64,000 nucleotides of DNA from Antedon mediterranea. Taxonomy: Eukaryota > Animalia > Echinodermata. This document shows positions 63,422 through 64,000 of the stretch, one piece after another. Within the stretch, counting starts at the first letter, position 1, and every line of letters starts with the position of its first letter. The stretch is from the NCBI RefSeq assembly GCF_964355755.1, contig NC_092676.1, positions 27,608,871-27,672,870 of the forward strand. Direction: 5' to 3'. Position numbers and translations under genes: made by a program. The notes under the pieces were generated by a model, which ran no database searches, had not been told where the DNA came from, and saw only the letters and a list, made by a program, of their open reading frames with translations.

Positions 63422-64000
63422 TCAAGTAGTGAATTGGACATCTTCCATGTAGTCAAAGTTTCCTCCCTGACTCAACTGGGATGCGGTTCGATCTGCTGTT
63501 AAATCATCAAACTAAAACAAAAACATAGGTATTACTTACTTTAAAGATATCTATGGACCAGTGGGTCAACCCGCCTAGTGTGGACCAGTAGGCCAACTCT
63601 CCTAGTATGGACCACTAGGTCAACTCGCCTAAGGGTGTGTGGTGCAGTTGGACGTTCAACTACTGGTTAGATCAAGACAACTTTGCCCTGATTACTAGCT
63701 GCATTATGGGAGTATGTTTCCATACATGTTTGATCTAAAAAAATTACTGGGGTAATAATGTTCAGCGCTTTGAGGTTTCACAACATTAGGCGCTATATAA
63801 ATCCAGGATATTATTATTATATTATTACTCTCCTAGTACCCACTGGTCCCTAGCATACTAAAGAGCTTGTGCAACCCATCATTTGTGTATAGTTATCCAT
63901 ATCTGAATACGTATATTATGTTAATTTGTAGCAATATCCTTATTACATATTAATGCACACAATTTAATAACAATAATAACTTACCTTTTCCTGACTGCTA
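63422..64000 (-). CDS. 3' end of an unidentified minus-strand gene entering from the right edge
   Basis: Donor AAG|gtaagt at 63985/63984; acceptor gttttag before 63511; last exon 63511-63422 reads FDDLTADRTASQLSQGGNFDYMEDVQFTT* in phase 0, with AATAAA just after the stop. Confidence 0.6.
63632..63828 (+). mobile_element. SINE/L2-type 3' end with (TAT)n tail inserted into a 27-bp minisatellite
   Basis: cagcgctttgag...ggcgctatataaat followed by tattattatt; actc(g/t)ccta on both sides. Confidence 0.6.

Overview
AT-rich, intron-containing animal DNA, not prokaryotic. Deu/Nin-domain-like SINEs and the gene set suggest an invertebrate deuterostome such as an echinoderm (inference). Most entries in the supplied ORF track are exon fragments or spurious, so I assembled gene models by hand from GT-AG boundaries and reading phase. 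Left to right: the 3' 14 coding exons of DNAI7/CASC1 (+); a two-LIM cysteine/glycine-rich protein CSRP (-) with two duplicated alternative last exons; an SLC37A4/G6PT-like transporter (+) with a tandemly duplicated, apparently mutually exclusive exon; a single-exon FN3 type-I membrane protein (-); a BHMT-family methyltransferase (+); a 3-exon, 82-aa secreted Cys peptide gene absent from the ORF track (+); and the last exon of an unidentified gene (-). Introns and spacers hold many PIF/Harbinger-type MITEs (about 19 copies of one family carrying perfect SRF CArG boxes), Tc1/pogo, piggyBac and hAT-like elements, tRNA-derived SINEs, a CR1-type LINE end, minisatellites, P-element-like footprints and a 2.4-kb array of palindromes. 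Best leads: the mutually exclusive TM5 exon in a G6PT homologue that also lacks a key lysine, the novel peptide gene, the CArG-carrying MITE, and tandem repeats copying both splice junctions of one DNAI7 exon. All models are unverified by expression data or database search.
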